From Cylindrospermopsis raciborskii Cr2010 (lineage in GTDB: Bacteria > Cyanobacteriota > Cyanobacteriia > Cyanobacteriales > Nostocaceae), in contig NZ_CP065936.1 in NCBI RefSeq assembly GCF_003367075.2, positions 1,650,001-1,682,000 of the forward strand: 32,000 nt of DNA, read 5' to 3'. Below, piece by piece: positions 1-10,468 of the stretch (position 1 is the stretch's first letter; the number at the start of each line of letters is the position of its first letter). The notes beneath the pieces were generated by a model. That model searched no databases and was not told where the DNA came from. It saw only the letters and a program-made list of their open reading frames with translations. Position numbers and translations under genes: made by a program.

Positions 1-120
1 GAAGAATTAAAATTATCCTGGGAAAGGTTTCAAACCAGAAGGTAAGCTCTACCGAGATAGCTTGTGGAGTAGACAAACCTTTCAAGAATCATCTTGAGAC
101 TACGATGAAACAGGAAGTAG

Positions 121-1578
<1,458 letters not shown>

Positions 1579-1592
1579 GTCCGAACTCACAG

Positions 1593-1621
1593 ATTGTGGC
1601 AGGCATTCTACCTGCTACAAT
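1593..1621. terminator. Hairpin between convergent thiC and dehydrogenase genes (candidate bidirectional terminator)
   Basis: attgtggcagg / cctgctacaat forms an 11-bp stem (one G-T wobble) with a 7-nt loop. It lies in the 51-bp gap between two convergent stop codons. There is no clear U-tract. Confidence 0.4.
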
Positions 1622-1629
1622 TCCTACTG

Positions 1630-2580
1630 TCACATCTCTAACAGAATTTTCAAAACTCCTTTGGTCTGGGCTTTTTTAAAAGCGGCTAAACCCTCATTTA
1701 GGGGATAAGTTCCATGAACTAAATATGTTACATCTATCTGGTTTGTGGCTAATAGTTCCAGTGCTGGAGTAAATGCTCCACAACGAGAACCTACTAGGGT
1801 AATTTCATCAACTACTAGAGCAGAAGCATCCAAACTTAAATTTCCTGCGTAGGTACTTTTTAAAACCAATATACCTCTGGGACGTAAAGCTCGACGTGCA
1901 ACCGCAAATCCTTCCGCATTTCCTGTACAGTCAATGGCAATATCAAAGTATCTATCTTCTACCATATTGACTAAACCAGTTTTAATGTTTCTAGAAGAAA
2001 GATTGGCTAGTTTTTCTTGGTGTCTTCCTACAACCAACAAATCACAACCGGTTAAGGCTAAGGTCTGACCTATCAATTGTCCCAATTTGCCATCACCCAC
2101 CACTAAAACTCTCTGTTGGGGAGTGATTTTAACCTGGGCTTGAATTTGTAAAGCTGCTGCTATAGGTTCAGTAAAAGTTGCTGCATCGGTGGTGACCTGC
2201 GGGGGTACAAGATGTATATTTTTTTCTGGTAGAGACAAATATTCCGCAAATGCACCATGACGATTCACAATCCCTAACACCGTGCGATTTTCACAATGGG
2301 TGGGTTTCCCCTCCAAACAAAAACGACAATAACCACATGCAGCATTAATTTCGCCCACCACCCGTTGATTGATTAAATGGTTTGGCCCTGTTTGCACCAC
2401 TCCCACAAACTCATGTCCTAATATACCATTGTAGGGATAATATCCCCTGATTAACTCCAGATCGGTATTACAAATACCCGCACGTAAAACTTTAAGTAAA
2501 ACTTCTCCCTCTGGTGGTTCAGGAATGGGCAAGTCTGTTCTCAGTTGTAATTGATTGTTTTCTAACCAAATTCCTTTCAT
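1630..2580 (-). CDS. Zinc-dependent medium-chain alcohol dehydrogenase family protein
   Basis: Carries the GHEFVGVV catalytic-zinc motif, the structural-zinc Cys cluster CGYCRFCLEGKPTHC and the Rossmann motif VVGDGKLG. Confidence 0.85.
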   Translation of the reverse strand: MKGIWLENNQLQLRTDLPIPEPPEGEVLLKVLRAGICNTDLELIRGYYPYNGILGHEFVGVVQTGPNHLINQRVVGEINAACGYCRFCLEGKPTHCENRTVLGIVNRHGAFAEYLSLPEKNIHLVPPQVTTDAATFTEPIAAALQIQAQVKITPQQRVLVVGDGKLGQLIGQTLALTGCDLLVVGRHQEKLANLSSRNIKTGLVNMVEDRYFDIAIDCTGNAEGFAVARRALRPRGILVLKSTYAGNLSLDASALVVDEITLVGSRCGAFTPALELLATNQIDVTYLVHGTYPLNEGLAAFKKAQTKGVLKILLEM

Positions 2581-2628
2581 AGCTATTTTAGAGTGTATAG
2601 GTTTTTTATATTTTTTTGGGTTTTAATA

Positions 2629-3447
2629 TTATTGACCTACTTTGGATTTAAACTCAGCCACGAAGGGACTAAAAGTAGATTCAACTTTTGTATCACTAAT
2701 GACTAATGTGGGAAAAGAGCGATCGCCATAATCTAGACCTGACAATAGGGGGAAAGGAGCATCTTTCAGAGATATCCAAGTACCACCAGCAGCCTGTAAA
2801 ATTACCCAAGCGCCAGCAATATCCCATACTTTAGGGGTGGCTTCCATACCTGCCAAAACTGCTCCGCTAGAGACAGTTAAAAAATTATAACTAGCAACCC
2901 CCAACATTCTTAACTTACAAGGAAAACCCGGTCGAATTATGCCCGTACTCCGAGAACAAAGATTAAAAAAGTGATTACTAGTGGCTTCTTCCTTGCTGGT
3001 ATGAATAGGATGATTATTTAAAAACGCCCCCACTGGCGTTTGTAACCCGGAATCTCCAGACCAAAAACCATGAAATCTTTGATTTAGGGGTGGGACAAAA
3101 ACATAACCAAAAATGGGAGTTCCTCGGTAAAGTAAACCCAGGGAAATTGACCAAATGGGAATACCCCTGGTAAAATTAGTGGTACCATCTAAAGGGTCAA
3201 TTACCCAACACCACTCTGTATGGGGGAAAACATGATCACCCTCTTCGCTTAAAATGCCATAACCAGTAAAATTGGCAGCGATCGCATCTCTAATTGCTTG
3301 GTCGGCCCACTGATCAGATTGGGTTACCAAACTACCATCAGCCTTTTGAGAAGCGTGAACCTTGCCAAAGTCGCGCATTAATTGTTTTCCCACTTCGCTG
3401 GTTATGTCTTGGGAAAAATCTAAAATTGTGTTCCAAAAATCATTCAT
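2629..3447 (-). CDS. Inositol monophosphatase family protein (SuhB-like)
   Basis: Has the IMPase signature WVIDPLDGTTNF and the later WDIAGA motif. Its start lies 3 nt from the stop of the upstream transporter gene, which suggests co-transcription. Confidence 0.85.
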   Translation of the reverse strand: MNDFWNTILDFSQDITSEVGKQLMRDFGKVHASQKADGSLVTQSDQWADQAIRDAIAANFTGYGILSEEGDHVFPHTEWCWVIDPLDGTTNFTRGIPIWSISLGLLYRGTPIFGYVFVPPLNQRFHGFWSGDSGLQTPVGAFLNNHPIHTSKEEATSNHFFNLCSRSTGIIRPGFPCKLRMLGVASYNFLTVSSGAVLAGMEATPKVWDIAGAWVILQAAGGTWISLKDAPFPLLSGLDYGDRSFPTLVISDTKVESTFSPFVAEFKSKVGQ

Positions 3448-3450
3448 TGG

Positions 3451-4917
3451 TTAGTCTAATTCACTTTCCAACACGGAAGCCAAAACTTGTTTGCTATTCT
3501 GTTGAAATTCTACCACATTCACACGACGCAACAACCAAATTGCCAATAGCATTCCTATGGCTTGGAGTGCGAACACCATCCCGTAGGCCAACATGGGAGA
3601 TGTAAATACTAATTTCCCCAAATTTAACACAGTACCACCTAAAACCGTTGCCATACCTCTAGCCATAGCCTGAGATAGACCCCAAGCTCCAACAAAGGTT
3701 CCAGCGGTTTCTGCTGCTGTTAAGTCTAACATCAAATTAGTAGCACCTGTTGTAATTACACCAGAGGCTAAACCAAAAAAGAATAAACTGCCCATTAATA
3801 GTCCAGAGTTTTGACTGAACCCTGCCATAATAATCAAGCAAAAACTCATGGCAGCACCAATACAACCAGTTTTAGTAGTTTGTTTTTTGCCTAATCGAGG
3901 TATAAGTAAAAATCCAGTGGAGCCAATACCCAGAAGAGTCCCTATACCAAAGGGAATATTTAATCTGGTGGTTTCGGAAATACACATTCCAAAAACTTCT
4001 CCACCATAGGGTTCCAGAATTGAGTCCTGCATAAAAATACTTAGGGTCAATACCATTAAAAACCCAAAAAATATACCTGTTTGCCGATTGGCTGTGAGAA
4101 TTTTTAGTGCCTTACCCAAGGTAATTTGGTCTTCCCTTTCCACCATATTGCCACGTATTCCGTAGCGAGAATATTTTTTTTCTATACCTAAGGTAGCCAG
4201 TAGGGTGAGGACAAAGACCGCCCCCGGTAAAATGATAAATACTGGGTTAATAGTTGTTTGTAACTTGCTAATATCCACCAACTTATTCATCTGGGATGGA
4301 TCGTATGCTAACAAGGCAGTTCCGCAAATTTCCGGTCTTTCTAACAATCTAGAACTGATACTAGCCCCAATGACAATTCCCATCATTAACATGGACCAAA
4401 CAACGGCAATTAGTTTGGGGCGGTCATCTTCATCAGTAATATCCACTAAAAGAGCAGTAAACGGGGTAGAGCTGGCACTCAACGCTAACCCATACATACC
4501 AAATATCAAAGCTAATAGCGCTGACCAGCCATAGGTTTGTAGACTCCAACCGGTATTTTGCAAACTGGTTCCCAATTGCCACACTACTTGTAAAGCTACA
4601 AAGGAAATGCTAGTAAATAGAGCTGCTCCAATCCAAACATATCCAGACCGATGATATCCAAAAATCTTCTGACTATCAGATTTTTGACCAAACCAAATTC
4701 TAGCTGGACTGACGAATTGGTGCATTGCGATCGCTCCTGCTGCAATAAAGGGCAAAACCGTTAATTCATCAATCATGACTCGATTCAATACGCCCAATGT
4801 CAAAAGGGACATAATACCCAGACCCATCTGAAACAAGCCCAACCTCAGCATAGTCAGGAAACTTATCTTGGGGACATTAATAGGGTCTTGAGATATGCTA
4901 AGAATATGGTCTGTCAT
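3451..4917 (-). CDS. BCD/PucC-family MFS transporter-like membrane protein
   Basis: A 488-aa polytopic membrane protein with about 12 hydrophobic segments. The N-terminal region (LRLGLFQMGLGIMSLLTLGVLNRVMI) is typical of the PucC/LhaA/BCD family. Confidence 0.8.
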   Translation of the reverse strand: MTDHILSISQDPINVPKISFLTMLRLGLFQMGLGIMSLLTLGVLNRVMIDELTVLPFIAAGAIAMHQFVSPARIWFGQKSDSQKIFGYHRSGYVWIGAALFTSISFVALQVVWQLGTSLQNTGWSLQTYGWSALLALIFGMYGLALSASSTPFTALLVDITDEDDRPKLIAVVWSMLMMGIVIGASISSRLLERPEICGTALLAYDPSQMNKLVDISKLQTTINPVFIILPGAVFVLTLLATLGIEKKYSRYGIRGNMVEREDQITLGKALKILTANRQTGIFFGFLMVLTLSIFMQDSILEPYGGEVFGMCISETTRLNIPFGIGTLLGIGSTGFLLIPRLGKKQTTKTGCIGAAMSFCLIIMAGFSQNSGLLMGSLFFFGLASGVITTGATNLMLDLTAAETAGTFVGAWGLSQAMARGMATVLGGTVLNLGKLVFTSPMLAYGMVFALQAIGMLLAIWLLRRVNVVEFQQNSKQVLASVLESELD

Positions 4918-4952
4918 AATTTGTTTAAAGGTAAAGTTATTTGCAGCATAGG

Positions 4953-4977
4953 TGAGCCAGAACGCTTATCTGGCTCA
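4953..4977 (-). terminator. Hairpin downstream of the helicase gene (weak terminator/stabilizer candidate)
   Basis: tgagccag / ctggctca forms an 8-bp stem with a 9-nt loop, 23 nt past the helicase stop. No U-tract follows on either strand. Confidence 0.3.
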
Positions 4978-4999
4978 AGCTATAACCTAGATTGTGACC

Positions 5000-6493
5000 C
5001 TAATTGCTGGGACTAACCGATGGTTCCCGACGTCTCAATTTGGGTTTGGGTGTGGGTCTGCTGTCATCACCATAGTCAGATTTAGACCAAGAACGACTAC
5101 GACCTGCTCCATTACCATCACTACTCTCACGTCGTTTATTGATTTTTGGCTTGGGTGTAGGCTCTTCCACGGGAATATCTACTCCATTTTGTAACCAAGC
5201 AGGACGGGTTTGGTCATAAGCCAATTGTAAAGCTGCCGCTGCAATAGCTTGGGCATCATATTTTTCCGTCAATTCACTAATTATAGGAAGGAAGGAGGCT
5301 AATCTTTCGCCAGCGAGAGCTTCCGAAACCTGCTCTTTCAACTTCTGAATATGTTTAGCCTCAATTTGGGCTCTGGTAGGAATTGACAATACTTGCCAGT
5401 TTTGGCGATTATGACGTTCAAAAGCCTGCTGCTTTCTTCTTTCAAAGGGTTGAACCAGTGATATTGCTATTCCTTCTTTACCAGCACGTCCCGTTCTCCC
5501 AATCCGGTGCACGTAGGTTTCTACGCTATCTGGTAGGTCGAAGTTAATCACGTGGGAAAGTAGGTCAACATCTAACCCCCGCGCAGCAATATCTGTTGCT
5601 ACTACCCATCGTACTTGACGATTGCGGAACCGGGTTAATAATCTTTCCCTAGCTTGTTGAGACAAATCTCCGTGGTATTCATCTACACTGTGACCAGCGG
5701 ACTGCAATTGATTTGTCAGCTCCGCAGCAGTACGACGAGTACGCACGAAAATCAAGGCTGTTTCCGGATCTTCCATCTCCAGAATTGGTTGTAGGGCTTT
5801 AGCCTTAGTCCAGTGTCTGGGTATTAAATAGGCTACTTGATTAATTTTAGTCGGTGTAGCTTTGGGTTGCTCCACTGTTACTGTGACGGGAGAATTGAGA
5901 AACTTATTCACCAATTGGCGAATAGAGGGGGGCATGGTAGCTGAAAAAAGCGCAGTTTGACGATCCTGGGGTGCTTGGGAGAGAATTTTGATCACATCAT
6001 CAATAAATCCCATGCTTAACATTTCGTCCGCTTCGTCTAAAACAAACCATTTCACTTGGTCAAGTTTTAAACTACCGCGTTCCAAGAGGTCAATTACCCT
6101 TCCTGGAGTCCCCACTACTACATGTACGCCCCGTTTTAATTGGATCATTTGTCGGTCAATGGATTGACCACCATAAATGGCTAATACTCGCAGCTCACTA
6201 TCACCCATAAACTGGGAAATGGCGTCATGAACTTGCATTGCTAATTCACGAGTGGGAGTTAACACTAAAGCCTGTACTGCTCTCTTGTTAGGATCTAGTC
6301 TCTCTAATATAGGCAAGGAAAAAGCCGCTGTTTTACCTGTACCAGTCTGAGACTGACCTACTACGTCCCTTCCCGCCAATAATTGGGGAATAGCTTGGGT
6401 CTGGATGTTGGTCGGTGTGGTAAACCCCATGTTTTCTAAGTGGGTCGCACGTTCTGGGGAAATGCCTAGTTCTTGAAAGGTAATACTACTCAT
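5000..6493 (-). CDS. DEAD-box ATP-dependent RNA helicase
   Basis: Contains motifs GTGKTAAF, DEAD (VLDEADEML), SAT and HRIGRTGRAG, plus a basic, low-complexity C-terminal tail. A GGAG Shine-Dalgarno sequence sits about 8 nt upstream of the ATG. Confidence 0.95.
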   Translation of the reverse strand: MSSITFQELGISPERATHLENMGFTTPTNIQTQAIPQLLAGRDVVGQSQTGTGKTAAFSLPILERLDPNKRAVQALVLTPTRELAMQVHDAISQFMGDSELRVLAIYGGQSIDRQMIQLKRGVHVVVGTPGRVIDLLERGSLKLDQVKWFVLDEADEMLSMGFIDDVIKILSQAPQDRQTALFSATMPPSIRQLVNKFLNSPVTVTVEQPKATPTKINQVAYLIPRHWTKAKALQPILEMEDPETALIFVRTRRTAAELTNQLQSAGHSVDEYHGDLSQQARERLLTRFRNRQVRWVVATDIAARGLDVDLLSHVINFDLPDSVETYVHRIGRTGRAGKEGIAISLVQPFERRKQQAFERHNRQNWQVLSIPTRAQIEAKHIQKLKEQVSEALAGERLASFLPIISELTEKYDAQAIAAAALQLAYDQTRPAWLQNGVDIPVEEPTPKPKINKRRESSDGNGAGRSRSWSKSDYGDDSRPTPKPKLRRREPSVSPSN

Positions 6494-6569
6494 TAATTCT
6501 CCTAAGTTTTATTCTGAGTTGTGGATCTCTATTTAGATCTGTATTTGGACTTGTATTTGCACTCGGTTG

Positions 6570-7889
6570 CTATGCCATGACTACTTCACCGTATAGATCA
6601 TAAGCATCCGCAGTGGTGATTTTCACAGGCACTATTGTTCCTAAGCTGGCTTTCCCCTGAACATACACTTGACCATCTACTTCTGGGGCAAATCTGTCGG
6701 AACGTCCTATTAAATCCCCTGTTTGGGGATTTTCTTGTTCAATTAGGACATCAACTATTTTTCCCACCTGCTGCCAATTTTTGCGCAGGGAAATGGGCTG
6801 TTGTATTTCCATAAGTTGATTCCGTCTTTCTACCATCAATTCCTGTGGTAACTGATTTGGTAGGTCATACGCTGGAGTTCCCTCTTCCGGTGAAAATGTG
6901 AAAACTCCCAAATGATCAAATTGATGTCGCTCGGTAAACTCCAACAAATGATCAAAATGCTCTTGTGTCTCCCCAGGAAACCCAACTATAAATGTTGTCC
7001 TCAACACTGCTTTCGGTAGTGCGGTTTTTATCCGCTCAATAATTCCATCATTGACTCTACCTTGCCAGGGACGATTCATGGCGCGCAGTATTTCAGGATG
7101 GGAATGTTGCAAGGGCAAATCTAAGTAGGGAAGGAAATTCGCCGTTTCTTGAATTGCCTTAATCACATCCGGTGTTATTCCTGTGGGATAGGCGTAGTGC
7201 ATTCTTACCCAGGGAATGTCTACTTCCCCCAAGGCGCGAATTAACTCGGCCAATTTAGGTTGACCATAAATGTCTAACCCGTAGTTGGTCGTAATCTGGG
7301 AAATCAAAATTAGCTCCTTGACCCCCTGCGCTGCTAGTTGCTTGGCTTCCCCTACTATTGATTCAATGCTGCGCGATCGCTGCTTGCCCCTCAAATAGGG
7401 AATAATACAAAATGCACAACCATAGTCACAGCCTTCAGCAACTCTAAGATAAGCTACTCCTTCTGTGGTCGTTCTATAACGGGGCGTGTTTTCGTCCGCT
7501 ATATATATGGGATCAACACTAACTTGTTTGACTCGTTCTCCTTTCTCCACCCGTTCAAGCACATTTACTATCTTGTGGTAGTCCCCAGTCCCTACTACCG
7601 CTACCGCTTCTGGTAACTCCTCTAATAGTTGTTCTTGAAAGTGCTGGGCCATACAACCAGCAATTACTATCTTTTTGTTGGCCTCCGCTAACTCCACTAG
7701 GGTTCTCACCGATTCTTCCCTGGCAGCTTCAATGAAACTACAGGTATTTACTATCACATAGTCTGCTAGATCCTCGTTCGTATCCACACCGTATCCCGCT
7801 TCTACCAGCAGTCCTAGTATGTGTTCTGTGTCTATTCGGTTTTTCTCGCAGCCCAGGTGTGAAATGGCAATTGTTGGCTTATCACCCAT
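6570..7889 (-). CDS. rimO: Ribosomal protein S12 methylthiotransferase RimO
   Basis: Has the N-terminal UPF0004 domain ([13 protein letters not shown]), the radical-SAM motif CDYGCAFC and a C-terminal TRAM-like region. The length of 439 aa is typical of RimO. Confidence 0.9.
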   Translation of the reverse strand: MGDKPTIAISHLGCEKNRIDTEHILGLLVEAGYGVDTNEDLADYVIVNTCSFIEAAREESVRTLVELAEANKKIVIAGCMAQHFQEQLLEELPEAVAVVGTGDYHKIVNVLERVEKGERVKQVSVDPIYIADENTPRYRTTTEGVAYLRVAEGCDYGCAFCIIPYLRGKQRSRSIESIVGEAKQLAAQGVKELILISQITTNYGLDIYGQPKLAELIRALGEVDIPWVRMHYAYPTGITPDVIKAIQETANFLPYLDLPLQHSHPEILRAMNRPWQGRVNDGIIERIKTALPKAVLRTTFIVGFPGETQEHFDHLLEFTERHQFDHLGVFTFSPEEGTPAYDLPNQLPQELMVERRNQLMEIQQPISLRKNWQQVGKIVDVLIEQENPQTGDLIGRSDRFAPEVDGQVYVQGKASLGTIVPVKITTADAYDLYGEVVMA

Positions 7890-8561
7890 ATCTTGAATAT
7901 ATCTTCACTTTTTTCGTTAACACAAGTTCATGGACACCTTCCTTGCACCTTAAATCCGCATTGAACACTCTCTTTTGATATCTATCTCTAGATCTCTAGT
8001 TCATGCTCGTCACGGTCTGACCCCATTCATACTTGATGATTGAGGTTATGTTATGATGTTTTTGTTATTTTGTTTCCTCGGGTAAATTCTGGTGTCTTTG
8101 GGTAGTTAGGACACTCTTCATATTTTTTAACGATTCGCTTAATGGTATTTTACAAAACCCTAGCGTGCGCGTTGTTAATTTACCCGTCGGGAAGCCGCCC
8201 CAAGGGCTGTTTTTGAGAAGTTGCTACCCTCCGGGAAATCGCCAAGGCGACTAAACCCATCAAGCAGTTCCACGACCTAGTTCTTAGAACTGTGCTGTAT
8301 ATTACATACGGCCAGGTACTGAAAAATCAGGACATTTGTCTTGCATTTTTTGAGTGGCAAGCTCCTCTTGTAGCCAAGTTTTATCTTAACATATCTTATG
8401 AAAGGTTTAACAGCAATTTACATCTTGAGCATGAGGAGATTTTTTAATTTCTGAATAACACGCTAAAACGCATCAAGACAATGACCAGTTAAATCTGGTG
8501 GAGAACTCCCCCTAAACTTCCCCATCCCTGGATTGAAGAATGCTCTAGTGAAATTAAAAAC

Positions 8562-9374
8562 GTGAACTTATATAAACTATTCAAAACTCGTAAACCTATT
8601 ATTGGTGTGGTTCATTTGTTACCTTTACCCACATCAGCCCGCTGGGGAGGTAGTCTGAAAGCAGTAATTGACCGCGCGGAACAGGAAGCTACCGCCTTGG
8701 CCAGTGGTGGTGTGGATGCTTTAATTGTAGAAAATTTTTTCGACGCCCCCTTTACTAAAAATCACGTTGATCCTGCTGTGGTTAGTGCTATGACCCTAGC
8801 AGTGCAGAGAATTCAAAATCTGGTCACTTTGCCTCTGGGTTTAAATGTTTTAAGAAACGATGCGGAAAGTGCTATGGCGATAGCCAGTTGTGTAAAGGCT
8901 GAATTTATTCGTGTTAATGTTTTGACCGGTGTTATGGATACGGATCAAGGATTGATAGAAGGCAGGGCACACCAGTTACTCCGTTATCGTCGAGAATTAG
9001 GTTCCGATGTGAAAATTCTGGCTGATGTATTAGTTAAACATGCTCGTCCCCTGGGTCATCCTCATCTGAGTGTGGCTATTAAAGACACTATAGAACGGGG
9101 TTTGGCTGATGGGGTGATTTTATCGGGTTTGGAAACTGGTAGTCCTCCCAGCTTGGAAGATTTAAAATTGGCTAGCAGGGTTGCTGCTACTACTCCAGTA
9201 TTTATCGGTAGCGGTGCCAGTTGGGAAAATATTGGTACTCTTATGCCAGTAGTTGATGGAGTCATTGTTTCCAGCTCTCTCAAACGTCATGGTCAAATCT
9301 CTCAACCCATTGATCCTACCCGTGTGAGTCAATTTGTAGAAGCTGCTCATAGAAGCATTACTACAAAAATTTAA
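8562..9374 (+). CDS. btpA: BtpA-family photosystem I biogenesis protein
   Basis: A 270-aa protein with the BtpA-type N-terminus (KPIIGVVHLLPLP) and a TIM-barrel-like pattern. Confidence 0.85.
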   Translation: MNLYKLFKTRKPIIGVVHLLPLPTSARWGGSLKAVIDRAEQEATALASGGVDALIVENFFDAPFTKNHVDPAVVSAMTLAVQRIQNLVTLPLGLNVLRNDAESAMAIASCVKAEFIRVNVLTGVMDTDQGLIEGRAHQLLRYRRELGSDVKILADVLVKHARPLGHPHLSVAIKDTIERGLADGVILSGLETGSPPSLEDLKLASRVAATTPVFIGSGASWENIGTLMPVVDGVIVSSSLKRHGQISQPIDPTRVSQFVEAAHRSITTKI

Positions 9375-9415
9375 TTGCTCAATAATACTGCTAATAACTA
9401 AACTGATAAACAATT

Positions 9416-10414
9416 ATGATTCGTCGTCGTTCTACTCCCTGGATTCATTATTGGTCTCGTCCCCTCCTCGGGGCGATCGCCACTCTTGGTATTCTTAACA
9501 CGGGTTATCTTACTTACGAAAAGTTAACAGGTGGTACGCCTGTATGCAATGTTGGGGAGCAGGGTTGTATGGATGTTCTCTCCAGCTACTGGGGAACTGT
9601 GTTTGGTCAACCTTTGGCTCTGTTTGGCTTGTTATCATACATGGTCATGTTTATACTAGCTCTATCTCCTATTTTGCTAATATCAAAGGATAGCAAGAAA
9701 AGTAATCAAAGCAAGAATATACAACAAATAGAGAATTTAAGTTGGTGGCTACTATTGATCGGAGCGATCGCCATGACTGTGTTCAGTGGCTATTTAATGT
9801 ATGTTCTAGCATTTCAACTGCAAGCTGTATGTTGGTACTGTATTGCATCAGCAATTTTTGCTTTGAGTATGCTGATTTTGACCATTTTAGGAAGAGAATG
9901 GGAGGATATAGGTCAAGTTCTATTTATTGGGTTGATAGTTGTTGTGGTCACACTAATTACCACTTTAGGTATTTACTCCAAACCCCCCGTTGATATCACC
10001 ACTGATACTACCACCTCCGGTCAACAACGTATTACTTTTTCACCCAGGGAAGAACCCAATCCTAATTTTGGTTGGGAAATAACCACCACTTCGGGAGAAT
10101 CGGAAATTGCCCTAGCCCAGCACTTAGTAAAAATTGGTGCTAAAGAGTACGTTGCCTATTGGTGTCCCCATTGTCATGAACAGAAGCTACTCTTTGGTAA
10201 AGAAGCCTATCAAATCATCAATAATAATAATATTACAGTAGAATGTGCTGCAGACAGTCCTAAAGGCAAACCAGCGCTGTGTCAAGCGGCAAAGATTCAG
10301 GGCTTCCCCTCTTGGATAATTAACGGTAAAATCTATGGTGGAGTGCAAAATTTGAGTGATTTAGCTAGACTTAGCGGTTATATGGGTCCACAAAATTTCA
10401 AATACTTTCGGTGA
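9416..10414 (+). CDS. Vitamin K epoxide reductase homolog fused to a thioredoxin-like domain
   Basis: The membrane VKOR core has the loop cysteines (CNVGEQGC) and the CWYC active site. A C-terminal soluble domain carries WCPHC. This fusion architecture is known in cyanobacteria. Confidence 0.85.
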   Translation: MIRRRSTPWIHYWSRPLLGAIATLGILNTGYLTYEKLTGGTPVCNVGEQGCMDVLSSYWGTVFGQPLALFGLLSYMVMFILALSPILLISKDSKKSNQSKNIQQIENLSWWLLLIGAIAMTVFSGYLMYVLAFQLQAVCWYCIASAIFALSMLILTILGREWEDIGQVLFIGLIVVVVTLITTLGIYSKPPVDITTDTTTSGQQRITFSPREEPNPNFGWEITTTSGESEIALAQHLVKIGAKEYVAYWCPHCHEQKLLFGKEAYQIINNNNITVECAADSPKGKPALCQAAKIQGFPSWIINGKIYGGVQNLSDLARLSGYMGPQNFKYFR

Positions 10415-10468
10415 TTTCACAACTGATTACCCACTCCCTCCCATTGATTCCATACTAGGAGTTTTAGC

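Noticed and set aside
8150-8352. Identity of the intergenic GC-rich block as a known housekeeping RNA (SRP/4.5S, 6S, tmRNA or RNase P RNA)
   Set aside because: I looked for the hallmark strings: the SRP GGAAGCAGCC-type domain IV, the tmRNA GGGGCUG 5' end and tag ORF, and the RNase P GAGGAAAGUCC motif. I found only a vague resemblance (TCCGGGAAATCGCCAAGGCGA versus the SRP helix 8 region). That is not enough to name it, so it is kept only as an unclassified candidate.
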